DNA of 63,864 nt, filler included, from Cercozoa sp. M6MM (taxonomy: Eukaryota > Protista > Endomyxa: Ascetosporea), in assembly GCA_040357565.1 (NCBI GenBank). It is 9 parts of 9 records of this genome, joined end to end, with 100 filler letters (N's around TTAATTAATTAA, not from the genome) between each part and the next. Parts side by side here need not be neighbours in the genome. Positions count along the whole stretch, not along the records: positions 62,270 to 63,864 come from JBDODJ010001981.1; 8 more parts are not named here. One strand, 5' to 3'. The translations under genes were made by a program, and so were the position numbers. Under the pieces are notes generated by a model, which searched no databases, had not been told where the DNA came from, and worked only from the letters and a program-made list of their open reading frames with translations. The number at the start of each line of letters is the position of its first letter. The first letter of the stretch is position 1. Shown piece by piece: positions 62,669-63,864 of the stretch.

Positions 62669-63502
62669 CAAAGAACACAGAGTGAGTCTACATCGCCCAA
62701 GGTGACTGGCGTGAAGGGCGCACTCAACGAGCCACAGTGCACGCGCACGTGCCAACCCGGCGGCAAGCACAGTCGGTTGTCCTCTACAGATGCACGGTCC
62801 AACTGGACAGTCTAACTGGACGGTACAGCCCTGCGTACCAATGAGTCCGTGTTGTTGCCATTCCTCCAGTTCCGGACCTCTCTGAGGCAGCTGCACAAAG
62901 CCAACTCCTCTATCCCAAATAAATACTGCTGCCTACACCAAAGTCGTACCTTGAACTTGATCAGCATCGTGTCATCGGACACCTGCGAGTGCACACTGCG
63001 CCGCAGTCGCAAACAGGACAGTTTCTTGAAGTGTCGTTTCTGGCCTGCGGACGCACTGCTCTGCTCGAGAAATTGCACAGTTCCTGGCGTACACTTTACC
63101 CCGCATATGTCCTCCTATCGATACCTGTATGGTGCCAACGCGCAGAGTGCTCAAGATTCGTTCGGCTCGTTGCGAGTGCCGCAGCGCCGCAAAATCCGCG
63201 CTCGCGTCGGCGCCGGCGTTTTTCAGAAGAAACTGCGCGCCGCCTATTGCGCAGCATTTCCAATAGACACCGAAAACAATGTACTTTCTAGCTGCTGGGC
63301 TGTGTATACTTGCTGTGTATATTTACCAGGGTGCTGCCTCATATACTGTGTCACATCGTAAACGCCGTCCCGCACGATGACCCAACAGTCCGTGGGCAGG
63401 CAGTGCTTGGCCACCTAGGACAAAAAAGCCTCGAAAAAAAAAAAACAATTCGTCGCTGGCGACAGAAAATCACTACACCTCACTGCGCTCATAGTGCTGC
63501 AT
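62319..63502 (-). CDS. Cytochrome b5 / NADH-cytochrome b5 reductase-like fusion protein, 3' truncated
   Basis: MQHYERSE|VAKHCLPTDCWVIVRDGVYDVTQYMRQHPG|GAQFLLKNAGADASADFAALRHS (heme domain); VSDDTMLIKFK|LP, LPPGWHV, PFTPVT, GFINLLVKTYP (FAD domain); VAVAAGTG (NAD-binding start). Confidence 0.88.
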
Positions 63503-63661
63503 GCACCCTGTACAACACCTTTATAAGAATTAAGCTCAATTAAGTTGTTGGAATTTAAGATTCTGGCGCTGCTTCTCGGCGGGCTTGCTGCTTGACTAAC
63601 GTAAAGTTGTTGGTGTCAAGAACGAAGACCAAGCGTAAAAAATCAACAACTTTAGTTGAGG

Positions 63662-63829
63662 TTATTCCGGCTGCTGCACGGGCGTCTGCCGCTGCGACGA
63701 CGACTCCTCCTGCCGCGACAACTCAAAACTCAGTCGGAACCGTGAGTCGTCGACTCTCTTCGTCTCTGCCTCAGTCTCAGTCTCGGTAGTCTCGATTACA
63801 GTCTCGGCCTCGTCGTACTTGCTCTTATC
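63662..63829 (-). CDS. Last exon of an unidentified gene (acidic/Thr-rich)
   Basis: CAG acceptor then DKSKYDEAETVIETTETETEAE...QQPE*. Confidence 0.4.
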   Translation of the reverse strand, partial: DKSKYDEAETVIETTETETEAETKRVDDSRFRLSFELSRQEESSSQRQTPVQQPE

Positions 63830-63864
63830 CTGCAGTACTCATATCTAGTCAGATAGGGGGGGGG

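Overview
Eukaryotic, not prokaryotic, DNA: a gene-dense, intron-rich genome, probably from a flagellated protist (a DNAAF1/ODA7-like gene is present). It uses the standard genetic code and canonical GT-AG introns, mostly 50-100 nt, many filled with micro/minisatellites. The window is nine contigs joined by artificial 100-nt N44-TTAATTAATTAA-N44 linkers, so genes are truncated at the joins and adjacency across them is unproven. The ORF track is largely uninformative, so genes were spliced by hand. Recognisable genes: ALIX/BRO1-like (3' end), DPH5, RBBP6/Mpe1, Glu/Leu/Phe/Val dehydrogenase, eIF3h, ethanolamine kinase, ABI-like, ATAD2-like fragment, CK2 alpha, diflavin reductase last exon, GRX5, PRP6, TRIM37-like, PWP2, DNAAF1-like, a GPI-type surface protein, a dual-PH protein, a UvrD/PcrA-like helicase, an ATRIP-like candidate, M3A oligopeptidase, patatin TAG lipase and a cytochrome b5/b5-reductase fusion. 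Most notable observations: (1) DPH5 has a spliced C-terminal extension ending in a ribosomal P-stalk-like tail (ESESESDGEAVPMTGLF*), a possible eEF2-recruiting mimic. (2) A 95-aa tail-anchored protein hidden from the ORF track has 11-mer repeats encoded by 33-nt microexons duplicated together with their introns. (3) Bacterial FIVAR-like repeats lie between two PH domains in one protein. (4) Shared, strand-biased satellite families occur inside introns. No database searches were run; all homology calls come from recalled motifs.
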